From positions 759,419 through 823,418 of the forward strand of contig DAOORK010000001.1 in assembly GCA_035389185.1 (NCBI GenBank): a stretch of 64,000 nt of DNA, read 5' to 3'. Below are positions 10,297-18,857 of the stretch, one piece after another. A program made the position numbers and the translations under genes. Position 1 is the stretch's first letter, and the number at the start of each line of letters is the position of its first letter. Source of the stretch: Candidatus Woesebacteria bacterium (GTDB lineage Bacteria > Patescibacteriota > Microgenomatia > UBA1400 > MFAQ01). The notes under the pieces are model-generated. The model did not search any database. It worked only from the letters and a program-made list of their open reading frames with translations, and was not told the DNA's origin.

Positions 10297-11507
10297 AAAC
10301 TGCCATTTACATAACCAGAAACAAAGTATGGGCCGGAGATTCTGCCTATGATTGGGATGGGATAAACATGGATGAGGTGTGGATGAGAATCAAGAGAGAA
10401 AAAAAGATTAATGAAGCAAGAATTATTTTGGGTAATGATGTTTCTTTTGTGACATCGATGAGACTAGAGGAGACGATGGTTAATCGGATGAGTGCTCTGC
10501 GGATGGCCAAGTCGTGGTTGCCGTTTGAGATTGACGACGACTGTTTTGATTGGAAAGAAGTAGAGATAGCTCTAGGAGAAAAGTGGCTTCAATTGATTGC
10601 AATACAAAAAGAGTTTTTGACAAGTTTGTCAGCTGCGGTGAAAAAAAACGGCGTGCGGGTGGACATGGTAACGGCAATAGGTGTGCTATTGGCAGACAAA
10701 ACTACGGAGCGAGAAGTGCCGGTAGTAGTGAAATGGACAGGAAAAGAGGACTTGTTGGTGGTTGCTGTCAAAGGATTAGTGGATATTGTGACTAGTGATG
10801 TCAGTGAAGATGATTTAATGGTTTACGCCAAACAAAAATGGGGCTTGGCGGTTAACCCTGAACAACTGAGCTTTAGCGAAGCGGAAACTGATTTAACAAA
10901 AGAGGTTTATGCTGAGAGAGCAAAGGGAGAGGATAGATTGGTACTAAATTTGCCGATATTGAAAGAGATTGTTCTGACGGGAGACGCGAGTATGGGTGCA
11001 GAAAAGGGAAGTTTGGAGACAACAGAAGAACCGAGACCAGAGAAGAAAAAATCTCGCTTGGGACTTTATCTACTTATTTTATTGGTTGTTTTGAGTGTTT
11101 GTGCGGGAATTTTGTGGAAGATAGGGAAACTGCCATTCTTGCCGGGAGAGAGCCGTGAGAAGGTTGATAGAACAGAGGAGGTCGTTAGTCCAACGCCAAC
11201 AGCGAGCCCGACAGAGGAGCCTAAACCAGACTTGTCTTTATTTTCGGTTCAAGTATTGAATGGAAGCGGAGTGAGCGGGGAAGCCGCGAAAGTCAAAGAG
11301 GTGCTGCTGGGGATGGGCTTTACATCGGTGGATGTGGGTAATACAACGACGACTAATGAGAGTTTGATTAGGACAAAAGAAACGGTTCCTTCGTCGGTAG
11401 GTAACCTGGTGATAAAAAGTATTAAAGATTACACACTGATGAACTCAGATGTTTTGACAAGCGATGGGGAATATGATTTGATAATTGTATTGGGTGGTAA
11501 TTATTAA
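10293..11507 (+). CDS. pilus-locus bitopic membrane protein with C-terminal LytR_C-like domain
   Basis: ~250-aa cytoplasmic part, TM LGLYLLILLVVLSVCAGILW, Pro/Thr linker, C-terminal FSVQVLNGSGVSGEAAKVKEVLLGMGFTSVDVGNT...DLIIVLG (LytR_C signature). Confidence 0.45.
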   Translation: MKTAIYITRNKVWAGDSAYDWDGINMDEVWMRIKREKKINEARIILGNDVSFVTSMRLEETMVNRMSALRMAKSWLPFEIDDDCFDWKEVEIALGEKWLQLIAIQKEFLTSLSAAVKKNGVRVDMVTAIGVLLADKTTEREVPVVVKWTGKEDLLVVAVKGLVDIVTSDVSEDDLMVYAKQKWGLAVNPEQLSFSEAETDLTKEVYAERAKGEDRLVLNLPILKEIVLTGDASMGAEKGSLETTEEPRPEKKKSRLGLYLLILLVVLSVCAGILWKIGKLPFLPGESREKVDRTEEVVSPTPTASPTEEPKPDLSLFSVQVLNGSGVSGEAAKVKEVLLGMGFTSVDVGNTTTTNESLIRTKETVPSSVGNLVIKSIKDYTLMNSDVLTSDGEYDLIIVLGGNY

Positions 11508-11518
11508 GACAAAGAATT

Positions 11519-11977
11519 ATGAAGACTAAACATAGTGGTTTTACTTTGATTGAGCTGTTGGTAGTGATTTTGATTATTTCAATTCTTTCGGTAACGGTTT
11601 TTGTGGCCTTGAATCCTTCAAAAAGATTCGCTGATGCTCGGGATGCAAGGAGAACTTCCGATGTGAATTCGATCTTGACGGCGGTTCATGAGTATATCGT
11701 GGATAACGGTGGAGTGTCTCCCTCGGGATTATCAGCTACAGAACGGCAGTTGGGTACAGCGACAACGGGATGCGACGTGAACTGTTTAACTCCTCAAACG
11801 CCGGCGGCCTGTCTGGATTTATCGACTTCTTTGTCTCCTTATTTGAAGACAATACCGACAGATCCAAAAGTAGGAACAGCGGCGATCACGGGTTACAAGA
11901 TTGTAAAAGATGCAAACGGTATGGTTACCGTTACTGCTTGTGCCTCTGAAAGTGCGGCGATTTCGGTTACCAGATAG
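11519..11977 (+). CDS. type IV (major) pilin
   Basis: canonical MKTKHSG|FTLIELLVVILIISILSV prepilin signal with E+5; 152 aa; Cys pair near C-terminus. Confidence 0.8.
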   Translation: MKTKHSGFTLIELLVVILIISILSVTVFVALNPSKRFADARDARRTSDVNSILTAVHEYIVDNGGVSPSGLSATERQLGTATTGCDVNCLTPQTPAACLDLSTSLSPYLKTIPTDPKVGTAAITGYKIVKDANGMVTVTACASESAAISVTR

Positions 11978-12004
11978 CTTGAGGCTGTTTGGTATGATTA
12001 GGAT

Positions 12005-12895
12005 ATGAGTGAAAGAAAAGTAAAGAAAGCTGTTATCACGGCCGCGGGTTTGGGGACAAGATTCCTACCTGCCACAAAGAATATCCCGAAAGAAATGCTC
12101 CCGATTGTGGATCTGCCAATTATTCACTATATTGCTGAAGAGTGTGTTGAAGCAGGGATTGAAGACATTATTGTGGTGATTCGTCCGGGAAACGAAGCGG
12201 CGATGACCTATTTCTCACCCAATCCTGAGTTGGAACGTCAGCTAGCCGCTACAGGCAAGGAAAAGCAGTTGGAGAGGTATTACAAGGTCGCAGGGAAGGC
12301 TAATTTTATCTTTGTTCACCAAAACACATCATTGCCTTACGGTAACGGTAGTCCTGTGCTGACGGTGAAGAATTTGGTGGGTAACGACCCGTTTGTGGTG
12401 TGCTTTGGAGATGATCTGGTGCTAAACCCGGGTGGACCAGGCGCGGTGAAGCAGATGGTTGATCTGTTTGAGGCTAATGAAGATGCACACGGAATCCTGG
12501 CAACAGTGAGAATGCCACGCGAAGAGATTACCCGATTAGGCATGGTGGAGACGGTGGATGGAACCGACGAAGGCAGGATTAAAAGAGTGGTTGAGAAACC
12601 AAAACTGGAAGAAGTGACATCAGATTTGGCTGAGTTTGGAAGAATGGTGTTTTCACCGGCGATATTTGATTATTTGAAAGCCGATGGAACGGGAAAAGAC
12701 GGGGAGCTATGGCTGATTGATGCAATCGAAAAACTATTAGTGGAGAAACCGGTGTATGCAAAGACAGTTCAAGGTGAGTTTTTGACCACGGGAGATCCAT
12801 TGCGTTTCCTAAAAGCTTCATATAAGTTTGCCATGCAGAGACCGGAAATTGCATCCGACTTGAAAGAGTTCTTGAAAAAAGAGATTTTGGGATAA
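12005..12895 (+). CDS. galU: UTP--glucose-1-phosphate uridylyltransferase
   Basis: KAVITAAGLGTRFLPATKNIPKEMLPIVD nucleotidyltransferase signature; 296 aa. Confidence 0.85.
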   Translation: MSERKVKKAVITAAGLGTRFLPATKNIPKEMLPIVDLPIIHYIAEECVEAGIEDIIVVIRPGNEAAMTYFSPNPELERQLAATGKEKQLERYYKVAGKANFIFVHQNTSLPYGNGSPVLTVKNLVGNDPFVVCFGDDLVLNPGGPGAVKQMVDLFEANEDAHGILATVRMPREEITRLGMVETVDGTDEGRIKRVVEKPKLEEVTSDLAEFGRMVFSPAIFDYLKADGTGKDGELWLIDAIEKLLVEKPVYAKTVQGEFLTTGDPLRFLKASYKFAMQRPEIASDLKEFLKKEILG

Positions 12896-12900
12896 AAAAA

Positions 12901-12926
12901 CCACCCCTGTGGGGTGGTTGGCGGAT
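12901..12926 (-). terminator. hairpin ccacccctgtggggtgg with A-run on plus / U-run on minus
   Basis: GC stem 7 bp; terminates the 12930..13268 (-) gene, weaker for galU. Confidence 0.5.
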
Positions 12927-12929
12927 CAA

Positions 12930-13268
12930 TTATTCATGAAGATGGAGTCTGTCGAATCCCAGCTTCATGAGTAAACGCATGGTTTTTTCCATGAGCTCTT
13001 TGTTGGTGATTTCATTGAAGTGGAGAGCGACACCTTTTGGTTCAATGACGATGCTTATTTTGAATGGACTATCAAGTGCGCCATCGGGGGATGATGGATC
13101 ATCGGCAAAGGCGAATGCTACATAATGATCCTGGTAATCCGCATCATGACCGATGAAGTAGGTTGGAGCGATACCTTCGTTGAGAATTGAGCCGAAGAAT
13201 GTCTCAAAAAGGGAGGTTGTCCCTTGCGATTTAACGTACCATTCTCCGTTTTGGGAAAAGATCTCCAT
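12930..13268 (-). CDS. hypothetical protein
   Basis: 112-aa ORF between two terminators. Confidence 0.4.
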   Translation of the reverse strand: MEIFSQNGEWYVKSQGTTSLFETFFGSILNEGIAPTYFIGHDADYQDHYVAFAFADDPSSPDGALDSPFKISIVIEPKGVALHFNEITNKELMEKTMRLLMKLGFDRLHLHE

Positions 13269-13413
13269 AAACCTCCGTTTCTTAAAGGGCTAGTTTGCCG
13301 ATTTTAGCCTATATGTTTTTAAAAAGCAAGAGTATGGTAAAATTGAGGCGCAATGGAACAAGTTTCTGTTCAAATGTCGACTAACCCGGGTAAAAAAGAC
13401 TCGGGAACTAACT

Positions 13414-13671
13414 ATGCAAATCGTATTACAGGCAATCATGTATTTTGGCGTCGGCTTTGTCGAGATGTTTTTGGCCACCCAAAGAACCTACTGGATTTCA
13501 AAAGGCAGATCACGCGCTGCGGCCCTCTTAGTGTTTTTTGAGAACTTTATTGCCATGTTTGTGATCTATCAGGTGGCGAATAATTTGCATAATAACTGGG
13601 GTTTGATTGCGGTGTATTCTTTGGGAAATGCTTTGGGGACGTATATTAACCTGGAAAAGGTGCCTTTTTAA
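13414..13671 (+). CDS. small membrane protein (2 TM), hypothetical
   Basis: 85 aa, hydrophobic; followed by terminator. Confidence 0.4.
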   Translation: MQIVLQAIMYFGVGFVEMFLATQRTYWISKGRSRAAALLVFFENFIAMFVIYQVANNLHNNWGLIAVYSLGNALGTYINLEKVPF

Positions 13672-13681
13672 CCAAGAAAAA

Positions 13682-13712
13682 CCGCCCCGGTGAGGGGGCG
13701 GTGTTTGTTTTA
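13682..13712. terminator. bidirectional intrinsic terminator ccgccccggtgagggggcgg + U-tract
   Basis: 10-bp GC stem flanked by A-run and T-run; sits between convergent genes. Confidence 0.6.
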
Positions 13713-15029
13713 GGAAACCTCGGCGATCAAGTCGTCGAGAAGCGGAAGAACAGGCTTGGTATAAACCGAGCTGTTTTCAACGATGGTGTTTTTGAGGACC
13801 ATCAAGAGTCTGTCGTACGAGTAGCTCATATAATCGGTCAAGTATGACCAACGAGCGAGATCTTCGCGAGACAGTTTTGAAAAGGCTTTCTCAAGAACGG
13901 CCCATGACTCTTCGAAACGAGGAGCCCGAGAGATACGAAGGAAAAAACTGCGAACCTTCTTTGTGATCAAACTGGGAACGAAGAAGGCAGTCATAACCAC
14001 GATAATCGAAGGTGTAAAGCTTAAACCAAGATCGGTAGCTTGGGCAACTTTGTAGCCCATCAGCCGAGACATGGTCGGGAACAAGTGGTCATCACGACTG
14101 TAAACGCTGTTGCCGAAATTACTGTTGGCAAAGTTATTGATGTGCTGGATAGCGGTTGGAGCAGTTTTTCCATTGCCAATATCAATCATCGCTTTGCGAG
14201 GGGTGACGATAACATCGATCGTCTTTCGGTTGATTTCGTAGAACTCTGAACCACTGAAGTCGTGTTGGTCTGGGCTTTCGGCGACATCGGCGTTGGCCAG
14301 AAGATGGCGTGGCGCTAGTGTGCAACCGTTTGTGTCCAAGCGATCGGCGAAGCGACAGGCAAGGACTGCCCAGCCGTATTTTTTACCTTCGACCTCAACC
14401 AACTCATAGTACCAAGGGTCTCTCTTTGATCCGTCGGCACACTCTACCGTTTTCAGGTAGTGTGTGTGAGAGGTAATGGCGTAGGCGATCAAGAGCCGGA
14501 GATTTTTTTCGAGGATACCGTCGGTGAGCTCGTAGAAGAGCCAGGCGCCGACTTCGGCGTGACCACCAAGCCATTCTGAGTCTTGGTATCGAGGGGTAAT
14601 GGCAGTGCCGATATCGTGAAAAGCACCGGCAATAATGCCAGCGAGGACTTCGGCAGGTTGGTAGGTGGCAACGTTTTTATCCGTGGCCAGAGCGAAGGCG
14701 GCGAGAAGATCGCGACGGGCATGACCGAAGTCGTGTCCAGGACTGCCGGCGTTAGTGAACGGTGACAAAACCTCAATCAGAATACTGAGAGAGGCAGTGT
14801 TTAGGGGCGAGTAGTTCTTCTGAGCCCTTTTTACCAGCCGGATGTAGTCTTCTCGATTGCCGATTTTCCGGAGCAGGTTGATGAATTTGATGATCGTTGG
14901 ACGGTCAACCTGGATGTCCAGGTCTTTATCTTCCAGAGGAGCCCCTGCCTTGGTCATTTGAAAACGAGCAGAAGCATTCTTGACGAGAGAAACAAGACCA
15001 AAATAAATCTTTTTTAGAAAAGCAAACAT
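13710..15029 (-). CDS. HD-superfamily-like metal-dependent phosphohydrolase, paralogue A
   Basis: ordered motifs GHDFGH...AFHDIG...GGHAEVGAWLFY...AITSHTHY...ADRLDTNG (H..HD..H..H..D pattern); strong SD aaggag. Confidence 0.5.
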   Translation of the reverse strand: MFAFLKKIYFGLVSLVKNASARFQMTKAGAPLEDKDLDIQVDRPTIIKFINLLRKIGNREDYIRLVKRAQKNYSPLNTASLSILIEVLSPFTNAGSPGHDFGHARRDLLAAFALATDKNVATYQPAEVLAGIIAGAFHDIGTAITPRYQDSEWLGGHAEVGAWLFYELTDGILEKNLRLLIAYAITSHTHYLKTVECADGSKRDPWYYELVEVEGKKYGWAVLACRFADRLDTNGCTLAPRHLLANADVAESPDQHDFSGSEFYEINRKTIDVIVTPRKAMIDIGNGKTAPTAIQHINNFANSNFGNSVYSRDDHLFPTMSRLMGYKVAQATDLGLSFTPSIIVVMTAFFVPSLITKKVRSFFLRISRAPRFEESWAVLEKAFSKLSREDLARWSYLTDYMSYSYDRLLMVLKNTIVENSSVYTKPVLPLLDDLIAEVS

Positions 15030-15087
15030 TGTGAACTCCTTATGAGATGGGATTGGACGAGAAAAAGATTGTCAACGTACGGTGAGG

Positions 15088-15116
15088 ATTATATCCTATA
15101 TTAAGAGTTTTGTCAA
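15088..15116 (-). promoter_or_regulatory. consensus sigma70-type promoter TTGACA-N17-TATAAT (minus strand) in front of HD paralogue A
   Basis: reverse complement reads ttgacaaaactcttaatataggatataat; perfect -35 and -10 with 17-nt spacer. Confidence 0.55.
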
Positions 15117-15125
15117 CAATCTGGG

Positions 15126-16367
15126 CTAGGAAATGTCGTCGATGATGTCGGTGATTAGGCCTCGAGAGAACTTGAGTACGGGTGAGTCGCTTTGACGAAT
15201 TTTTTGGTGAAGCATATCGAGCCATTCGGGATAGTTTTCTTCGGCATAGGTAAAACCTTTGGCCCAGTGAGATTGTTCTTCGGGAGTCAGAACATCCCAA
15301 AGTTTTTCGACGTCGTTGAGAGTGGACTTGATGACAGGAGAAAGGGACATACGAGTGACAAAGCGACGGAAACGGGGAAAGTCTGGTTTGCCAGTTTGAT
15401 GACGAACGATATCGATCATGGTTTCGGTTTGGTTGATTTTGTAGGTAATAAGCTTTTTCATGACTGGAAACCGGTCGTCGTGCTGACTGTAGGGGGTGAG
15501 CCTTTTGGCACTTAAAGCAAAGTTTTCCATGTGCTTAAGAGTAGAAGGCATATTATTTTCGGAGATAATAGTGTCGGGTTTGAATAGGAAACTAAGGGAT
15601 TCTTTGTTTAGCTCGTACCAACTGTCACCGGTGAAGTCACGACCCTCCTGACGGGAGCCTTCGACGTTGGCAATGATGTGACGACAGAAAAGGGTGACTC
15701 CGTTGGTGTCGAGGCGATCTGAAAAGCGGGTGATCCAGATAGAAACACCGACGGGATGACCGTCGTCTTCAAATAGGTGGTCTACCCAGGGTTGGCGAGT
15801 ATAACCATTCTTGGTTTCAACAGGTTTGAGCTGATGAGTGTGAGCGGCGATAGCATAAGCGGCAAGACGGCGGATGTGCTCGGGGAGATAGGATACAGAG
15901 AGATTATAAAAAAGCCAGGCACCAATCTCGGCATGACCGCATTCCCAGAAGTAGTCCTGATAGCGAGGCCAGATGCCGGTGCCGATATCGTGATAGGCAG
16001 CACTAAAAAAAGCGGCAGTGAGATCGCAAGGATAGGCTTTGGCGGCGTAGGGGTCGGTGCCGGCCATAGCGGCGCCACTTAGCAGGTCGCGATAAAGATG
16101 ACCAAGGTCGTGGCCTGGTTTACCGAGCACAGCATATTGATGAAGATGGTGAAATATGTTTTTGAGAGTTTTTGGTTCGGGAACAAAGTTTGAATCTTGC
16201 TTACAGAGATCGAGATATTTTTGCCGGTCTTCCAGGGGGCGCAGAGTAGAGTCGACCCATTGAGAAATTTCAAGCTGGAATTCTCGACTTTGGAGCTTTT
16301 TTTTGAGAACTTGAGGTGAAAGAGGGTGACGAAAAAAATTAAGGTTGATTTTGAAAGATAAAGGCAT
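15126..16367 (-). CDS. HD-superfamily-like metal-dependent phosphohydrolase, paralogue B
   Basis: GHDLGH...AYHDIG...CGHAEIGAWLFY...AIAAHTHQ...SDRLDTNG; collinear with paralogue A; start set at MPLSFKIN (ORF-track start 16430 would overlap the MBL gene by 37 nt). Confidence 0.5.
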   Translation of the reverse strand: MPLSFKINLNFFRHPLSPQVLKKKLQSREFQLEISQWVDSTLRPLEDRQKYLDLCKQDSNFVPEPKTLKNIFHHLHQYAVLGKPGHDLGHLYRDLLSGAAMAGTDPYAAKAYPCDLTAAFFSAAYHDIGTGIWPRYQDYFWECGHAEIGAWLFYNLSVSYLPEHIRRLAAYAIAAHTHQLKPVETKNGYTRQPWVDHLFEDDGHPVGVSIWITRFSDRLDTNGVTLFCRHIIANVEGSRQEGRDFTGDSWYELNKESLSFLFKPDTIISENNMPSTLKHMENFALSAKRLTPYSQHDDRFPVMKKLITYKINQTETMIDIVRHQTGKPDFPRFRRFVTRMSLSPVIKSTLNDVEKLWDVLTPEEQSHWAKGFTYAEENYPEWLDMLHQKIRQSDSPVLKFSRGLITDIIDDIS

Positions 16368-16393
16368 AAAACAGTTTAGCCTATTTGGATGAA

Positions 16394-16972
16394 TTAGAGA
16401 AGGAAGGACTCTCCGTGGCCAGAGAAACATTCGGTGCCTGATGGAAGTTTGCGGATAGTTTTGAGGGATTTTTGAAGATCTTTGGCACTGGAGTAGGCAT
16501 GGTCGACAGCCCCAACTGAGTCGGCAAAAAGAGTATCGCCAGAGAAGAGATGGGGCTTGCTGTAGAGACAGACGGAGCCTGGGGTGTGACCCGGCGTATG
16601 AATGACAGTAAGCATAGCAGAGCCGATTTTGAGGCTATTGGGGAGGCTCTGGGATGGTGGTAATTTGAGAGGAGGAGCGGAAGAAAAGCGAGCGGCGGAT
16701 TTGGCTGCATTTTGGTAGAGAAAAACGTCTTGGGGATTAAGGTAAATAGGAAGGTTGAAGTTGAGCTTGAGTTCGAGGCAAGCTAGGCAGTGATCGAAGT
16801 GGCCGTGCGTAAGGATAATGCACACAGGCTTGAGCTGAAGGCGGAGAATTTCTTCGGTGATAAAGTCGCCTTCGTCGCCAGGATCAATGATGGCGCAGTC
16901 GCGGGTTTGGGGGTCAAAAAAGAGATAACAGTTTTCGCGCATTTCACCCACGATTAGAGTCTTGATTTCCAT
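16394..16972 (-). CDS. MBL-fold metallo-hydrolase (glyoxalase-II-like)
   Basis: HGHFDHCLAC zinc motif (HxHxDH), HTPGHTPGS, 192 aa. Confidence 0.8.
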   Translation of the reverse strand: MEIKTLIVGEMRENCYLFFDPQTRDCAIIDPGDEGDFITEEILRLQLKPVCIILTHGHFDHCLACLELKLNFNLPIYLNPQDVFLYQNAAKSAARFSSAPPLKLPPSQSLPNSLKIGSAMLTVIHTPGHTPGSVCLYSKPHLFSGDTLFADSVGAVDHAYSSAKDLQKSLKTIRKLPSGTECFSGHGESFLL

Positions 16973-16998
16973 AGTTTGATTGTAACAGCCACAAAAAA

Positions 16999-17018
16999 GC
17001 CCCCGTAAGAACGGGGGC
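16999..17018 (-). terminator. intrinsic terminator gcccccgtaagaacgggggc
   Basis: 7-bp GC stem, U-run on minus strand; follows vWA gene stop. Confidence 0.6.
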
Positions 17019-17028
17019 GGGATTTAAT

Positions 17029-17838
17029 TTAAGGGGTGACAAAGAAATTCGCGGAGCTGACGGGATTGCCAGCTTGGGAATTGTGAACGCGAGAACCGAC
17101 GGAGCTGCTGTAAAGCTTGAGAACTTTGGCAATGCCGTCTTTTGTTTGTTCGACTTTGACGATGTTACCATCGAGAAAGCCCATACTTTTGGCGATCTGC
17201 TCAAATGGGTAATTTTCATTTACGCCAATGAAAGCGGCTACAAAGTGCGGTTTTGTGTTGAATTCTTTGAGGAAAGCTGCGACTTCGATGGCCTTACGCT
17301 TGGAATCGTTATCGCCACCATCGGTAAGAATGAGGGTGACTTCCTGAACTCCGGTGGCGCCGTTGGCAAATAATGTCGAGGCGAAGGTCATGGTCTGGGT
17401 GATGCCGTCGTAGGTGGCGTCGAAGAGGGGGGTTGACCCATCGGTGGTGTAGTCGTTTCGGGTGAGCTCAACGAAGTCTTGAATGCGGATGAAGTCTTGA
17501 ATGGTACGCAGGCCCAAAGAACCACCTCGGTTGGAAAATTCATGAACCGCGATGTATATTTCCTGACCGGTTTTGTTGCGCAGAATTTTGAAATCACCGA
17601 CACAATCGTTGATACCGTTGATGATGGTATCTTCGAAACCTTTGAGCGAATAGGTGGAGTCAACGATGAGGTTGAGAACCAAAGGTGTCACGGACTCGTA
17701 CAGTTCGACCTGGGTGCCGATCGTGCTGGGCAAAGTATTGGCGTTGAGATTGGCAAGCAGTGCCTGAGACGAGGTCTGAGTGATGTGCTTGTTGTTGGCG
17801 GCTTCGATAATTGCCTGTTTGGGATCGTTTGTACTCAT
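17029..17838 (-). CDS. vWA (von Willebrand factor A) domain protein with intact MIDAS
   Basis: DxSxS motif LIVDSTYSL, downstream Thr, TDGGDN motif; 269 aa, no TM. Confidence 0.7.
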   Translation of the reverse strand: MSTNDPKQAIIEAANNKHITQTSSQALLANLNANTLPSTIGTQVELYESVTPLVLNLIVDSTYSLKGFEDTIINGINDCVGDFKILRNKTGQEIYIAVHEFSNRGGSLGLRTIQDFIRIQDFVELTRNDYTTDGSTPLFDATYDGITQTMTFASTLFANGATGVQEVTLILTDGGDNDSKRKAIEVAAFLKEFNTKPHFVAAFIGVNENYPFEQIAKSMGFLDGNIVKVEQTKDGIAKVLKLYSSSVGSRVHNSQAGNPVSSANFFVTP

Positions 17839-17861
17839 ATTTCTCCTTTTTGGGAAAGTAA

Positions 17862-17885
17862 GGGGGAGTTGTCTCCCCCTTTTTG
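17862..17885. terminator. hairpin gggggagttgtctccccc + T5 between isochorismatase-like and vWA genes
   Basis: 7-bp G/C stem with T-run on plus and A-run on minus; may partially insulate vWA from the upstream genes. Confidence 0.35.
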
Positions 17886-17889
17886 AAAA

Positions 17890-18846
17890 CTATCCGATCG
17901 GATCGGTACTCTTGACGAGCTTGAGGCCATGCTTGGTAGAAAACTCCGCGAAGGCCTGATTGGCCATGTCTTCGAAGCTACCAACAGGTGAGGTGCAGTC
18001 TTCCAGGATACGAATCCGAGAAAGAACTTCCGGGGCTTTGGAACCAAAGTAACGAATGATCGAAACGATGGTTTCGTAGACACAGTGACTCTTGGCCTGT
18101 CCAGCGATGTAGATCAAATCGTATTTTTGGAGAAGGTTGAGGAAGTCGCTGTTGATACCGGCGTTTTTGTCACCGCTATAAGGGACTTCAGGTTCCATAA
18201 TGGAGTAGTTCTCTGTTTGGGGAACACTACCTTTGATCTCAAAGTGAGGCTGACTGACACGAGCACCGGAGTGAAAGTAGATGGCTTCCATGAGTGAGGG
18301 TTCGAGGGCATGTTCCGGGGCTCCAAGAGGAGTATGGAACGGCCAAACTGCAAGAGTTTTCTTGCTGTTTTGCTCGAGAGTGGTGAGATAGTATTCACTC
18401 CACTTCATCTTCTTTCCCGGGGCGTATTCGTAGTCGAAATCGAAGATGGGTTTGACCTTACCGTCTTTGAGGTTGGCGAGGGTCACCAGGGTGAAGTTGA
18501 AAGAGTTTACCAGTTCACCGGTTGAAGTGTCGATCCACCAAGAGGGGAAGAAGATCTGCAGAGGCAGATGACTATCCAGACTGGCGGCGATGTAGGTTAA
18601 GTTTTCGACATTGCGATAGATCCACTCGATGGTTCGCTGGGTGTCTGCGACGGCACCAGGAACAGCTAGAGGACGGCCGGGTTCGATAAAACCGATCTGG
18701 GCATCGACCAAGAGGAGCATGACTTTCATTTTGTCTTTGGTGAAGTTGGGGAGCTTGGTGGCGTGGCCAGCGAGGTAAGCTTTTTCAAGCTCCGGGTGGC
18801 GCAGGATACCAACGAGCTCTGGGTGGTAGAAACTAGGGTTTTTCAT
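17890..18846 (-). CDS. isochorismatase-family (cysteine hydrolase) protein
   Basis: LLLVDAQIGF (Asp), ...IAGQAKSHCVYETI (catalytic Cys); 318 aa with extra central insertion; SD aaggag. Confidence 0.6.
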   Translation of the reverse strand: MKNPSFYHPELVGILRHPELEKAYLAGHATKLPNFTKDKMKVMLLLVDAQIGFIEPGRPLAVPGAVADTQRTIEWIYRNVENLTYIAASLDSHLPLQIFFPSWWIDTSTGELVNSFNFTLVTLANLKDGKVKPIFDFDYEYAPGKKMKWSEYYLTTLEQNSKKTLAVWPFHTPLGAPEHALEPSLMEAIYFHSGARVSQPHFEIKGSVPQTENYSIMEPEVPYSGDKNAGINSDFLNLLQKYDLIYIAGQAKSHCVYETIVSIIRYFGSKAPEVLSRIRILEDCTSPVGSFEDMANQAFAEFSTKHGLKLVKSTDPIG

Positions 18847-18857
18847 ATTTCTCCTTT

